Positions 29,192-39,210 of a stretch of 64,000 bases of DNA are shown here, piece by piece. Position 1 is the first letter of the stretch. Each line of letters begins with the position of its first letter. Both the position numbers and the translations under genes were made by a program. Source of the DNA: Candidatus Komeilibacteria bacterium. Lineage in GTDB: Bacteria > Patescibacteriota > Patescibacteriia > UBA1558. Location: contig JBLYPX010000001.1 of assembly GCA_048538235.1 (NCBI GenBank), positions 264,013 to 328,012 of the forward strand. The letters are read 5' to 3'. The notes under the pieces are model-generated. The model had not been told where the DNA came from. It saw only the letters and a program-made list of their open reading frames with translations, and searched no databases.

Positions 29192-29641
29192 ATGGCAGAC
29201 GAAGAAAAAAAAGTAGCTGATGCTAAAGCTGAAGAAGCTACTGAAGAAAAAAAGGACGTAGAAGTTCCTGCAAAGTTTAAGAGCTTAGTTGAAGAGATTG
29301 AAAAAATGTCAGTTCTAGATTTATCTGAATTGGTATCAATCTTAGAAGATAAGTTCGGCGTATCTAGTGCTGCACCTGTAATGGCTATGGCTGCTGGAGC
29401 CGCTGCTGGCGGTGAAGCTGCTGAAGAAAAGAGTGAATTCAATGTTGAATTGACTGGAGCAGGTGAGGCTAAGATTAATGTAATTAAAGCTATTCGTGAA
29501 ATTACAGAACTTGGTCTTAAAGAAGCAAAAGATATGGTAGATGGTGCACCAACTATGATTAAAGAAGGTGTTAAGAAAGAAGAGGCTGAAGAGATGAAGA
29601 AGAAGATTGAAGAAGCTGGTGGTACTGTTACATTGAAATAA
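29192..29641 (+). CDS. rplL: 50S ribosomal protein L7/L12
   Basis: [32 protein letters not shown]. Confidence 0.97.
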   Translation: MADEEKKVADAKAEEATEEKKDVEVPAKFKSLVEEIEKMSVLDLSELVSILEDKFGVSSAAPVMAMAAGAAAGGEAAEEKSEFNVELTGAGEAKINVIKAIREITELGLKEAKDMVDGAPTMIKEGVKKEEAEEMKKKIEEAGGTVTLK

Positions 29642-29656
29642 ATTTATTTCATAAAT

Positions 29657-29689
29657 AAAAACACCTCAGTTTGTACTGAGGTGTTTTTT
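29657..29689. terminator. Bidirectional terminator
   Basis: AAAACACCTCAGT-TTGT-ACTGAGGTGTTTT. Confidence 0.85.
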
Positions 29690-29700
29690 GTTATCTATTT

Positions 29701-31869
29701 TTATAGAGGAATAATATATAGTTGTCCGTCAGCTACAATTAGCATCCTTTTAGCTTCTTCTTGAACTGCAAAGTCTACTATATTATTGAACGAGTCAGAA
29801 TGAAATTGCTTTACCAGTTTACCACCTTTGTCAAAAACAAGTGCACGTTTATTATCTGGCTCTAGAATATATATGTCATTAGCATTTAAGTCTGTATATA
29901 GTTTGGTTGGGTTTGTAACTTCAGGGTATATGCTAATACTTGGGAATGATTCTTGTCTGCCATTAATATATTTATCTATACTAGTGCCATTCAATATATA
30001 TACATAACCATCAATAGAGATATCTTTTGTATTGGCAAGGTCATTATTTTCTTTAAGCCAGGTGTCTGGTGATAAATATGTTGTCCCAGATAATCTGTGT
30101 CTATATATTTGATCTGTAGCTGCATCTAGAATATATAGTCTGTTATAGAAACTGGTCATAGCAGTTATATCTTGTAAACCAGCTGCTAAAGATATTAGAA
30201 CGGGTTGCAAGCCTTCTGTGGTAGCTATGAAGAATTGTTTATTATTATCTACAACTAGTATATCTTGAGCTGGTGAAATAGCAGTTTTATCTAAACCAGC
30301 AAAATTACTTGGATAATCTACTGTTTGGTAACCTTTATCTGTTAAGTCAAAGATGTAGTATTGATTACTGTCTGTAAATATATATGCTTTATCTCCTTCC
30401 ATAGCTATATCTAGGATATTAGCATTATTGTTTATTTCTTTAATATTAAATAAAGAAACTGGAGCATCTATTTCCATGATATTCCAAATACGTTCAGTTA
30501 ATATATTTGCTCTTTGATTAAGGGCATCTATTTCAGCTTGGTATTTCTTACTTTCAGCTGGTAATGGTTCTAATAGATCTAAGATCTCTGTTAATATTCC
30601 TTGTGCTTTAATTCTATCTCCATATATTAAAGAAGCTTCAATTGTTTCTTCACGATTCTTTAATTCAAGATCAATATTAGTTAATTGTTCTTCTGTCAAA
30701 TTACTAGTATCACCCTTAGGCACTATTATTAAAAGTAGAATAATAATTAAAGCAATAATTGCAGATAATATTATCTTAGATTTTTTATTTAATTTAATAT
30801 CTTTTATCTTATTAGGTATTTTTATCTTAGGTAGCTGCTTATTAGGTTTAACAAGGGCCATTATTAATATATACAGTCTTTTTACTAGATAAACTAAGAT
30901 TTGGAATATGAATTTTATTCCTAACCATATATATGTAAACAGTAAACCTATATATTTAAATATCTTACTTAAAATACCAGCCTCTTTTAAACTAGTTGTT
31001 AAATTATCCATACCAGCTTTAATTGTTTGCCAAGAAGAGGGGACAGTTAATACTCTTTGTGTTTCACTTTGTGTATTTATTAATCTATCTATAGATTCTC
31101 GTGAATGTCTAACAGCTTCTCTTGGTATTTTGGTAGTTTGAGCTACATTTTCAACTTCTTGCTGCCTTTCTTTATGGGCAATAAAGGCTGGCACTGGTTG
31201 TTCTGAGTCTACTTCACTGTTTTTTATTATTAAACTAGCAAAAGTAACATGTGTTGGAACTTCTGCAACCATATTTTTTATTTGCTCTGCTGCAGACTTA
31301 GCTGGAATAGTAGATAATATCTTTCTAATCTTATCTAAAGCTAAATAATCTAGTAATGATGGATTGGTTAAGATAAAACTTAAGCCATGGTCTAGATTAC
31401 CAGTAATAACATTTTCAAAAAGTTTAATAGGGTTAATTGGTGGGGGAGTTTTACCTAAAACATCTATCGCTTTTGTCTTGTGCATCAAAAATCCTCTCCA
31501 CTCTCCGATATAAGCTATATTTAAAACATTATCTTTAAGATTACCAACTATAATATTTAATTGACCTAATATCTTTTTCTGTTCTGGTAAATTTTCTGGT
31601 AACCATTTATTTAAATCATTCAGAGTGTGTTCTAAAAGTTTTGTTGAATCTTCAAGATGTGATTCATAATATGTATGTTTAGCTCTGTCTATAAAGGCTC
31701 CTAAAAATCTTTCATAATCTGGCTTAGGATTTTGCATATTAGCCAAGATAAAAAAATGACCCTTTTGCTCTACTGAAGATTGGTCATCTACAATGTACAC
31801 ATCGCCTAAGGCGTGAGCATGAATAGGGTCTTGTATGAATATGCTAGATAATTGTATATTTTTGGTCAT
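29701..31869 (-). CDS. Large membrane protein: possible degenerate PP2C-like N-domain, TM region, C-terminal beta-propeller
   Basis: Central hydrophobic helices; repeated LYILD/IYIL/ISIDG blade-like motifs. Confidence 0.7.
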   Translation of the reverse strand: MTKNIQLSSIFIQDPIHAHALGDVYIVDDQSSVEQKGHFFILANMQNPKPDYERFLGAFIDRAKHTYYESHLEDSTKLLEHTLNDLNKWLPENLPEQKKILGQLNIIVGNLKDNVLNIAYIGEWRGFLMHKTKAIDVLGKTPPPINPIKLFENVITGNLDHGLSFILTNPSLLDYLALDKIRKILSTIPAKSAAEQIKNMVAEVPTHVTFASLIIKNSEVDSEQPVPAFIAHKERQQEVENVAQTTKIPREAVRHSRESIDRLINTQSETQRVLTVPSSWQTIKAGMDNLTTSLKEAGILSKIFKYIGLLFTYIWLGIKFIFQILVYLVKRLYILIMALVKPNKQLPKIKIPNKIKDIKLNKKSKIILSAIIALIIILLLIIVPKGDTSNLTEEQLTNIDLELKNREETIEASLIYGDRIKAQGILTEILDLLEPLPAESKKYQAEIDALNQRANILTERIWNIMEIDAPVSLFNIKEINNNANILDIAMEGDKAYIFTDSNQYYIFDLTDKGYQTVDYPSNFAGLDKTAISPAQDILVVDNNKQFFIATTEGLQPVLISLAAGLQDITAMTSFYNRLYILDAATDQIYRHRLSGTTYLSPDTWLKENNDLANTKDISIDGYVYILNGTSIDKYINGRQESFPSISIYPEVTNPTKLYTDLNANDIYILEPDNKRALVFDKGGKLVKQFHSDSFNNIVDFAVQEEAKRMLIVADGQLYIIPL

Positions 31870-31939
31870 TGATTTGCAAAATTAGCCAAACTTATTATAC
31901 TATATTTGGTAATGATAAGTAAAACCTATTTTTTATTGT

Positions 31940-32500
31940 ATGCTAGAACAATTATTTAGTTCAAGAACTAGAGAAAAATTATTGAATTTATTCCTTTTTA
32001 ACCAAGAAAAGAGGTTTTATGTTAGGGAAATTACAAGAGTTATTGGAGAAAGATTAAACTCAGTTAGAAGAGAGTTGGCTAATTTAGAGAGATTTAACCT
32101 AATTATTTCAGAAGAAGAGGATAGAAGAAAGTATTATTATTTAAACCAGGAGTTTATTTTATTACCAGAGATGACTAGTTTGTTTGTTAAAGCAAGACTT
32201 CTCTGGGAGAATAAGATATTGGAATCAACTAAAAAGTATGACGGTATTCGTTATTTATCTTTAGTTGGTTTTTTTGTAGATGATGAAGAAGCTAAGACAG
32301 ATATTGTAATTGTGGGTAGAATTAACAAAACAGACTTAGCTAGCTTTATTAGAGAAATAGAAAAGATAACTAATCAACCATTAAGGTATACACATTTTAC
32401 AACTAAGGAATATAATTATAGACACAGCATGACAGATAGATTTTTATATGACTTATTAGAGAGAAAGTCTATTGTATTAATTAATAGGTTAAATAAATGA
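31940..32500 (+). CDS. Winged-HTH protein with nucleotidyltransferase-like C-domain
   Basis: LFSSRTR.KLL, FYVREI.R, NSVRREL.NL; TDIVIVG. Confidence 0.8.
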   Translation: MLEQLFSSRTREKLLNLFLFNQEKRFYVREITRVIGERLNSVRRELANLERFNLIISEEEDRRKYYYLNQEFILLPEMTSLFVKARLLWENKILESTKKYDGIRYLSLVGFFVDDEEAKTDIVIVGRINKTDLASFIREIEKITNQPLRYTHFTTKEYNYRHSMTDRFLYDLLERKSIVLINRLNK

Positions 32501-32886
32501 TATTAATATTTAAAGTTAATACAGAAGGTGTAGATTTAAAACTAGTTAAACCAACTAGTGTTATTACCAAGTCTGTTAAAGCAGATAAGAATGTATTACT
32601 TAATCACGTTGTTGAGTGGTTAGAACAAGAAGGTGTAAAACTAACTCAATTACAAGCCTTAGCTGTTTTTTATAGCCCTGCTTCTTTTTCATTATTAAGA
32701 GCTGTTACTAGTATTGCTAATACTTTAGCTTGGAGTTTAGGAATAGCTGTTTATAAGATAAAAGGTAAGGATGCGTCAGATGTTGAACTTGCTAAAGCTT
32801 TAAAAACTAAGATTAAGGGTAAGTCATCCCCATCATTTATTATTCCAGAGTATTATAAAGATCCCAATATAACTAGTAGTAAATAA
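32497..32886 (+). CDS. tsaB: Short TsaB (YeaZ)-like protein
   Basis: AV..SPASFS.LR...SIANTLA resembles GPGSFTGLR; C-terminal P.Y...PNIT. Confidence 0.55.
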   Translation: MILIFKVNTEGVDLKLVKPTSVITKSVKADKNVLLNHVVEWLEQEGVKLTQLQALAVFYSPASFSLLRAVTSIANTLAWSLGIAVYKIKGKDASDVELAKALKTKIKGKSSPSFIIPEYYKDPNITSSK

Positions 32887-32994
32887 AAATAGCTTAAAAT
32901 ATTAAATAGCCAAATCCTTGGCTATTTTTTGTTTTTATGTCCTAGTATTGAAATGGTTGAACATATCTACAATGTGGTGTATAATAGTTATAGA

Positions 32995-33020
32995 GAGGTG
33001 AAAAGTGGGAAAATGTGGGG
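32995..33020 (+). promoter_or_regulatory. MraZ binding boxes
   Basis: GAGGTG, GTGGGA and GTGGGG at 10-bp period upstream of mraZ. Confidence 0.75.
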
Positions 33021-33066
33021 ATAACCCCATTAAACTGTTAATAACTATATAAAAAAGAAACAAAAT

Positions 33067-33498
33067 ATGTTAATTGGTGAATATTATCACAGTGTAGACA
33101 CTAAAGGCAGAATGGCACTTCCTGCTAAGTTTCGTCAGGTTTTCAAATCAGGAGCAGTTATCACAAGAGGTTTAGATAACTGCCTTTTTATTTACCCTAA
33201 AAAAGATTGGCAAAAGCTGGCAGATAAGTTAGCAGCTTTACCAATTAGTCAGGCTAAAACAAGAGCTTTTGCACGTTTAATGTTAGCTGGGGCTATGGAT
33301 GTGTCTTTAGATAAGCAGGGAAGAGTTAACTTGCCAGATTATCTAACCACATATGCTAAGTTGGGTAAGAAGGTTGTTATTACAGGTTTGTATGACAGAT
33401 TAGAAATTTGGGATGAAAAGGAATGGAGTAAGTATAGTAAACAAACTGAAGCAAACAGTTCAGACATAGCTGAAGCATTAAGTGAGTTGGGTGTCTAA
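33067..33498 (+). CDS. mraZ: Transcriptional regulator MraZ
   Basis: Two DxxGR motifs, RLEIWD. Confidence 0.97.
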   Translation: MLIGEYYHSVDTKGRMALPAKFRQVFKSGAVITRGLDNCLFIYPKKDWQKLADKLAALPISQAKTRAFARLMLAGAMDVSLDKQGRVNLPDYLTTYAKLGKKVVITGLYDRLEIWDEKEWSKYSKQTEANSSDIAEALSELGV

Positions 33499-33503
33499 AA
33501 CAT

Positions 33504-34439
33504 ATGGAAGAACACACCCCTGTACTATTATCTGAGTTAATTGCTGGCCTCTCAATAGAGCCTGGTAAAGATTATATAGATTGCACATTAGGTGCTGGCG
33601 GTCATGCTAAGAGAGTTCTAGATTTAAATAGTCCAAGTGGTAAAGTTTACGGGTTTGATCTAGATAAGAGAGCGATAGCGATTGCTAAGAAGAATTTGAG
33701 TGAGTATGTAGATAGAGTTATATATATAAATGAAAATTACAGCTCTTTAGAAGAAATAATAGAGGAGTATAAGATAAATAAAAAAAACATTGCTGGTATA
33801 TATGTAGACCTTGGTACTTCATCAATGCAACTAGCAGACACGAATAAGGGTTTTAGTTTTCAGATAGACGCACCACTTAATATGCAATTTGGAGATACAG
33901 ATGGTGTAACAGCAGCTGATGTATTAAATAATTGGTCAGAAGCAGAGATTGGTAAGATATTAAAAGAGTATGGTGAAGAAAAGTTTTGGAAATTAATTGC
34001 AAACAGAATTGTAAAGAGAAGAAAAACAAAACAGTTTGTAACAACAAAAGATTTAGTTGATCTTATTCAGGAAATTAAACCACGACATGCATTGGATAGA
34101 ATTCATCCAGCTACAAAAACATTCCAAGCTTTACGTATTGCAGTAAATGATGAATTAAATAATTTAAAAGATTTCTTGAAAATAGCAGTTAAAGCATTAC
34201 CAAGTAGAGGAAGATTAGCAGTTATATCCTTTCACTCATTAGAGGATAGAATTGTAAAACAGATGTTTAAAGAAATGAGTATAGATTGTATTTGCCCGCC
34301 AGAATTACCACAATGTGTTTGTAATCATAAGGCAAGTATAAAGAAAATTACTAAAAAACCTATTGTACCTAGCGAAGGCGAAATAAGTACTAATCCCCGT
34401 GCTCGCAGCGCTAAGTTAAGAATAGTAGAGAAGTTATAA
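33504..34439 (+). CDS. rsmH: 16S rRNA m4C1402 methyltransferase
   Basis: HTPVL, DCTLGAGGH, FQALRIAVN, SFHSLEDR, NPRARSAKLR. Confidence 0.97.
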   Translation: MEEHTPVLLSELIAGLSIEPGKDYIDCTLGAGGHAKRVLDLNSPSGKVYGFDLDKRAIAIAKKNLSEYVDRVIYINENYSSLEEIIEEYKINKKNIAGIYVDLGTSSMQLADTNKGFSFQIDAPLNMQFGDTDGVTAADVLNNWSEAEIGKILKEYGEEKFWKLIANRIVKRRKTKQFVTTKDLVDLIQEIKPRHALDRIHPATKTFQALRIAVNDELNNLKDFLKIAVKALPSRGRLAVISFHSLEDRIVKQMFKEMSIDCICPPELPQCVCNHKASIKKITKKPIVPSEGEISTNPRARSAKLRIVEKL

Positions 34440-34481
34440 TAATTAATTTTAATAAATAGCAAAAATTAAAAAATAAAAAAT

Positions 34482-34808
34482 ATGCGAGGGCCAAAATCAA
34501 AACCACTAAGTGGTAATTTAACAAATTTTTTTAATGTTGGAAAATTACGTTCTTTATTAATTTTCAGCGCAGTTGTGTCAGTATTTATTTACATGTTTGT
34601 TGTAAATAATTCAGCCACATTAGGAATAGCTATTTCTGAACAACAAAGAAATATCTATGAATTGCAAGAGCAAAACAGAGAATTGCAATTGCAAATTACT
34701 AATCTAAGGGCAATATCTCGTATTGAGGAGATTGCAAATGATTTGAATATGGTTGAAGTTGACCACTATAGTTATGTTGGTGGTGACGCAGTTGTTGCTG
34801 TTAAATAA
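34482..34808 (+). CDS. ftsL: FtsL-like cell division protein
   Basis: TM plus coiled coil, RIEEIA..L.M; located between rsmH and the PBP gene. Confidence 0.65.
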   Translation: MRGPKSKPLSGNLTNFFNVGKLRSLLIFSAVVSVFIYMFVVNNSATLGIAISEQQRNIYELQEQNRELQLQITNLRAISRIEEIANDLNMVEVDHYSYVGGDAVVAVK

Positions 34809-34890
34809 GTGACGGATCAAATATTCGTGACTCCCATGCCTGAGAAATATAAGCCCTCTTAAAGTTTTTGAGGGCTTTAAGTTTATTCTT

Positions 34891-36636
34891 ATGCACCGTA
34901 TTAGAAAAAAAGACAACTACATAGATAATCGTTTAGCTGTTTTAATGACAGTTATTTTAGCTTTTGTAATACTTTTAACTGGTAAGTTAGCTATTATACA
35001 AATTTTTCAACATAGTAAGTATCAAGCACTAGCTGAAAGTCAGTATAAAATTGATGCAGAGATATCTCCTAATAGAGGTGAAATATATTTGCAAGACTAT
35101 AAAGATAGTTCAAAGATTTACCCTTATGCTACTAATCGCAAATATTATTTAGCCTATGCTAATACAACAGAGGTTAAATATCCAAAAGATATATTAGATA
35201 AACTAATTGAAGTATTAAAAATAGAGGATGAGGATCAGCAAGATATTATTTTAGATAGACTTTTAAAAGAAGATGATATCTATGAGCCATTACATAGAAA
35301 AGTAACAGATGAGCAGAAAAAGGCATTGGAAGAGTATGAATTGCCAGGTATACATTTTATTGAAGAGGTTTGGAGATATTATCCTGAAAACGCAATCGGT
35401 GGACATCTACTTGGTTTTGTCGGTTATACAGATAATGGTTATCAGGGGCAATATGGTTTAGAGGGTTATTACAATGAGGAATTATCTGGTCAAATTGGAC
35501 GCATGCAATACCATAGAGATGTTTTGGGTAGAATTATTCCAACTGGAGATAGAGTTTATGAAAGGGCAGAGGATGGTTTTGATTTAATTTTAACTATAGA
35601 TAGATCTCTACAGTTTCAAACTTGTTCATTATTAGAAAAGCATGCAGTTAAGTATGGCGCTGAAATTGGCACTGTAATTATTATGGAACCTAATACTGGA
35701 GCTATTATGGCTATGTGTTCTTATCCAGATTTTAATCCCAATGAATACAATATGGTGGAGAGTATAGATATATATAATAATCCAGCTATATTTACAGCCT
35801 ATGAACCGGGATCTGTTTTTAAAGCAATAACTGTGGCTGCTGCTATTGATCAAGGAAAAGTAGATCCAAACAGTACATATAATGATACTGGTTCTGTTGA
35901 AATAGGTAAGTATACAATTAAAAATGCTGAGGAAAAATCATATGGCGAGCAAACAGTTACACAAATTTTAGAAAAGAGTATTAATACTGGTGCAATCTGG
36001 GTAGCACAACAAGTTGGTATGAATAAATTTAGAGACTATGTTGAGAATTTTGGATTTGGTTCATTAACTGGCATATCTTTAAATAAAGAAGTGGCTGGTA
36101 ATATTAGTTCATTAGACAAGAAGAGCGACATTTTTTTAGCTACTGCTTCCTATGGACAGGGTATAACCGCAACGCCTATTCAATTAATAACTGCTTTTGC
36201 AGCACTAGCTAATGGTGGTAAATTAATGAAGCCATATGTAGTAGATAAAATTGTTTTTTCATCTGGTGTTGAGGAAGAAAACAAACCAGTAGTTGTTAGA
36301 CAAGTAATATCACCAAAGACTAGTATGACAGTATCTGCAATGCTTGCTAGCGTGGTTGAATCTGGTCACGCAAAATTAGCAGGTGTTGATGGTTACTATA
36401 TTGGTGGTAAAACAGGCACAGCTCAAGTGGCTAACTCAAACACTGGTGAGTATGATAAGGACCAAACAATACATACCTTTATTGGTTTTGCTCCGATAGA
36501 TAATCCTAAATTCGTTATGCTTACTAAGTTTGACCACCCAACCAATGTTCAGTTTGCAGCTTCGTCAGCCGCCCCATTATTTAGTGAATTAGCACAGTTT
36601 ATCTTACAATATTTACAAGTACCTACAGAAAAGTAA
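34891..36636 (+). CDS. ftsI: Class B penicillin-binding protein (FtsI-like)
   Basis: RGEI, RYYP, EPGSVFK (SxxK), SIN (SxN), KTGT; dcw position. Confidence 0.88.
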   Translation: MHRIRKKDNYIDNRLAVLMTVILAFVILLTGKLAIIQIFQHSKYQALAESQYKIDAEISPNRGEIYLQDYKDSSKIYPYATNRKYYLAYANTTEVKYPKDILDKLIEVLKIEDEDQQDIILDRLLKEDDIYEPLHRKVTDEQKKALEEYELPGIHFIEEVWRYYPENAIGGHLLGFVGYTDNGYQGQYGLEGYYNEELSGQIGRMQYHRDVLGRIIPTGDRVYERAEDGFDLILTIDRSLQFQTCSLLEKHAVKYGAEIGTVIIMEPNTGAIMAMCSYPDFNPNEYNMVESIDIYNNPAIFTAYEPGSVFKAITVAAAIDQGKVDPNSTYNDTGSVEIGKYTIKNAEEKSYGEQTVTQILEKSINTGAIWVAQQVGMNKFRDYVENFGFGSLTGISLNKEVAGNISSLDKKSDIFLATASYGQGITATPIQLITAFAALANGGKLMKPYVVDKIVFSSGVEEENKPVVVRQVISPKTSMTVSAMLASVVESGHAKLAGVDGYYIGGKTGTAQVANSNTGEYDKDQTIHTFIGFAPIDNPKFVMLTKFDHPTNVQFAASSAAPLFSELAQFILQYLQVPTEK

Positions 36637-36658
36637 GATATTAAGATATAATACAAAT

Positions 36659-37939
36659 ATGCAGAAAATATTACATTTCATACTTAAAATTTTAGCAGCC
36701 GGAATACTAAAAAAATATAATCCAGATATTATTGGTATTACGGGTAGTGTTGGTAAAACAAGTTGTAAAGAAGCAGTTTTTGCCGTCTTGTCTGCTAATT
36801 TTAATGTTAGAAAAAATATTAAGAACTACAATAATGAAATAGGTGTACCCTTAACAATTATTGGTGAGTACTCGGGTAATAGATCTGTATTTAAATGGTT
36901 AAAGGTAATATTTAAAGGATTAAAATTAATTTTTAAGAAAGATTATTCTTATCCAGAAATATTAATACTTGAAATGGGTGCAGATAAACCAGGAGATATT
37001 CAGTACTTACTTTCTTTCATAAAGTGTAAGATTGGAATCTTAACAGCTGTTTCAGACGCACATATAGAATTCTTTGGTACTCAAAATAAGATAGCTGCAG
37101 AAAAGAGATTAATCATTAGTGAGCTTTCAAAAGATGGTTGGGCAATAATAAATAAAGATAATGAATTAGCATGGGCTCAAAAAGCCCACACCAAAGCTAA
37201 TGTTATGAGTTTTGGCATACATAATGAATCAGCAGTTCACGCTGATGACATCATCCTCCTAAGTAGAGGTAATGAACTAGGACTTAATTTTAAATTAAAA
37301 AATGAGGGAACAGTTGTGCCAGTATTTTTACCAAATATTGTTTCTCATCAACATGTATATGCCATTTTAGCAGGAGTTGCTGTTGGAATTATATATAATT
37401 TAAATTTAGTAGCTATTTCAGAATTAGTACAAAAGTATAAAGGAATAGCTGGCAGAACTAGACTTATACCAGGCATTAAGCATACGCAGTTAATAGATGA
37501 TACATATAATTCTTCACCGATTGCTGTAAAGGCAGCTGTTGATCTATTATTAACACTACCTAAGGAAGATGAAGCTAGAACATATGTAGTACTGGGAGAT
37601 ATGCTTGAGCTTGGTAAGAAAACAGAAACAGAACATAGATCAGTTGGAGAATATATTGCAAAGCATAATGTAGATAGATTAATAACAGTCGGTGAAATTG
37701 CTAGAGATATAGCCAGAGGTGCGAAAGAAGCTGGTATGTTGGAAGAGCATGTATATTCATTTACTAAACATGATGAAGCTGGTCATTTTATTCAAAATAG
37801 AATTAAAGAAGGAGATATTATTCTTATTAAGGGATCACAAGGCGCTAGAATGGAACGTATTACTAAAGAAATTATGGCTGAGCCAAATAGGGCAGCCGAG
37901 TTATTAGTTAGACAAGAAGATAGTTGGCTTAATAGATAG
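36659..37939 (+). CDS. murF: UDP-MurNAc-tripeptide--D-Ala-D-Ala ligase
   Basis: GITGSVGKTS, NNEIGVP, DDTYNSSP, LGDMLELG, KGS. Confidence 0.93.
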   Translation: MQKILHFILKILAAGILKKYNPDIIGITGSVGKTSCKEAVFAVLSANFNVRKNIKNYNNEIGVPLTIIGEYSGNRSVFKWLKVIFKGLKLIFKKDYSYPEILILEMGADKPGDIQYLLSFIKCKIGILTAVSDAHIEFFGTQNKIAAEKRLIISELSKDGWAIINKDNELAWAQKAHTKANVMSFGIHNESAVHADDIILLSRGNELGLNFKLKNEGTVVPVFLPNIVSHQHVYAILAGVAVGIIYNLNLVAISELVQKYKGIAGRTRLIPGIKHTQLIDDTYNSSPIAVKAAVDLLLTLPKEDEARTYVVLGDMLELGKKTETEHRSVGEYIAKHNVDRLITVGEIARDIARGAKEAGMLEEHVYSFTKHDEAGHFIQNRIKEGDIILIKGSQGARMERITKEIMAEPNRAAELLVRQEDSWLNR

Positions 37940-37984
37940 ACTTGATTATTTAATATATATTTGTTAATATATCTGCACAATTTT

Positions 37985-38059
37985 GCCGCTATCGTCTAAC
38001 GGTTAGGACGTCAGATTCTCAATCTGGTAATCGGGGTTCGATTCCCCGTAGCGGTACCA
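37985..38059 (+). tRNA. tRNA-Glu(CTC)
   Basis: GCCGCTA/TAGCGGT acceptor, TCAGA-TTCTCAA-TCTGG anticodon arm, GGTTCGATTCC, encoded CCA. Confidence 0.96.
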
Positions 38060-38106
38060 AAAGATACTCATCATTTGATGGGTATTTTTTATGATATAAT
38101 TAAATT

Positions 38107-38589
38107 ATGAAAAACAAAGGATTTACTTTAATTGAAATATTAGTTGTCATTGGTATTATTGGTATTTTATCTACAATGGTTATTGTTTCTCTTGGTAGCG
38201 TTAGGTATAAAGCAAGAGACACAAAGCGAATAAATGATTTATCTCAAATTGGTAGATTTTTATCCTTTGGCTGTTTAGTTCCAGCAGACGGTGTAGGGGA
38301 ATATGATCTTAATGATTTAATTGCTGAGTATAAAGCTAAGTATCCTCAACAAGCACATTTAATACCAAGTAGTTTAAAAGATCCCAAGACAGGTAATTCA
38401 AATACATCAAATTATACTTATATAATTAATGAAGAAAATGATTGTGCTTTGTATGCTAATTTAGAAAACACTGAGGCTGAGGTTAATTTAACACAAATTA
38501 ATGAAGCTACTCCAAAAGGAGGCATAGGTATCTTTAAAGGAGTAGTAGGTGTTAATGGTTCAAATAAATATTATCAAGTAAGTAATTAA
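38107..38589 (+). CDS. Type IV pilin/pseudopilin
   Basis: KKNKG|FTLIE-type class III signal (MKNKGFTLIEILVV), ARD..R..D, DP motif. Confidence 0.9.
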   Translation: MKNKGFTLIEILVVIGIIGILSTMVIVSLGSVRYKARDTKRINDLSQIGRFLSFGCLVPADGVGEYDLNDLIAEYKAKYPQQAHLIPSSLKDPKTGNSNTSNYTYIINEENDCALYANLENTEAEVNLTQINEATPKGGIGIFKGVVGVNGSNKYYQVSN

Positions 38590-38590
38590 T

Positions 38591-39100
38591 ATGTATAAAA
38601 GAATAGTATATATACTAGCAGTAATGATTGTAATAACAGGCTGTAGTTCTACAAGGATTAATATAAACAGTTTTGATGAATGTATAGCTGCTGGATTTCC
38701 AGTAATGGAAAGTTATCCTAGACAATGCAATGATGGTCAAAATTCATATACTGAATATATTGGTAATGAATTAGATAAGCTAGATTTAATTCAGATAGAT
38801 TATCCTAGACCTAATGCTATTATATCTAGCCCACTAAATATTACTGGTCAAGCAGTAGGTTATTGGTATTTTGAAGCAGATTTTCCAGTAGAATTATATG
38901 ATGCTGGTGGTAATTTATTAGGACAAGGTATAGCTACAGCTCAATCAGATTGGATGACTGAAGACTTTGTACCATTTGAGGTTATTTTAGACTTTGAAAA
39001 ACCAGAAGATAAATATGGTTTATTAATTTTAAGAAAAGACAATCCTTCTGGAGATCCACGATTTAATGACTCTCTAGAGGTGCCGGTTATATTTGAATAG
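38591..39100 (+). CDS. Lipoprotein with Gmad2-like immunoglobulin domain
   Basis: ITGC lipobox, FDECIAAG.PVMESYPRQC, WYFEADFPV, DNPSG. Confidence 0.85.
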   Translation: MYKRIVYILAVMIVITGCSSTRININSFDECIAAGFPVMESYPRQCNDGQNSYTEYIGNELDKLDLIQIDYPRPNAIISSPLNITGQAVGYWYFEADFPVELYDAGGNLLGQGIATAQSDWMTEDFVPFEVILDFEKPEDKYGLLILRKDNPSGDPRFNDSLEVPVIFE

Positions 39101-39210
39101 GTATGTATAAAATATAGCACTTTTATTTAAAGTGCTTTTATTATTGACAATATATAAATTATCTGTTAATTTAATATATTCATTGTTATTTAAAAAAAGG
39201 GAGGATAAAA

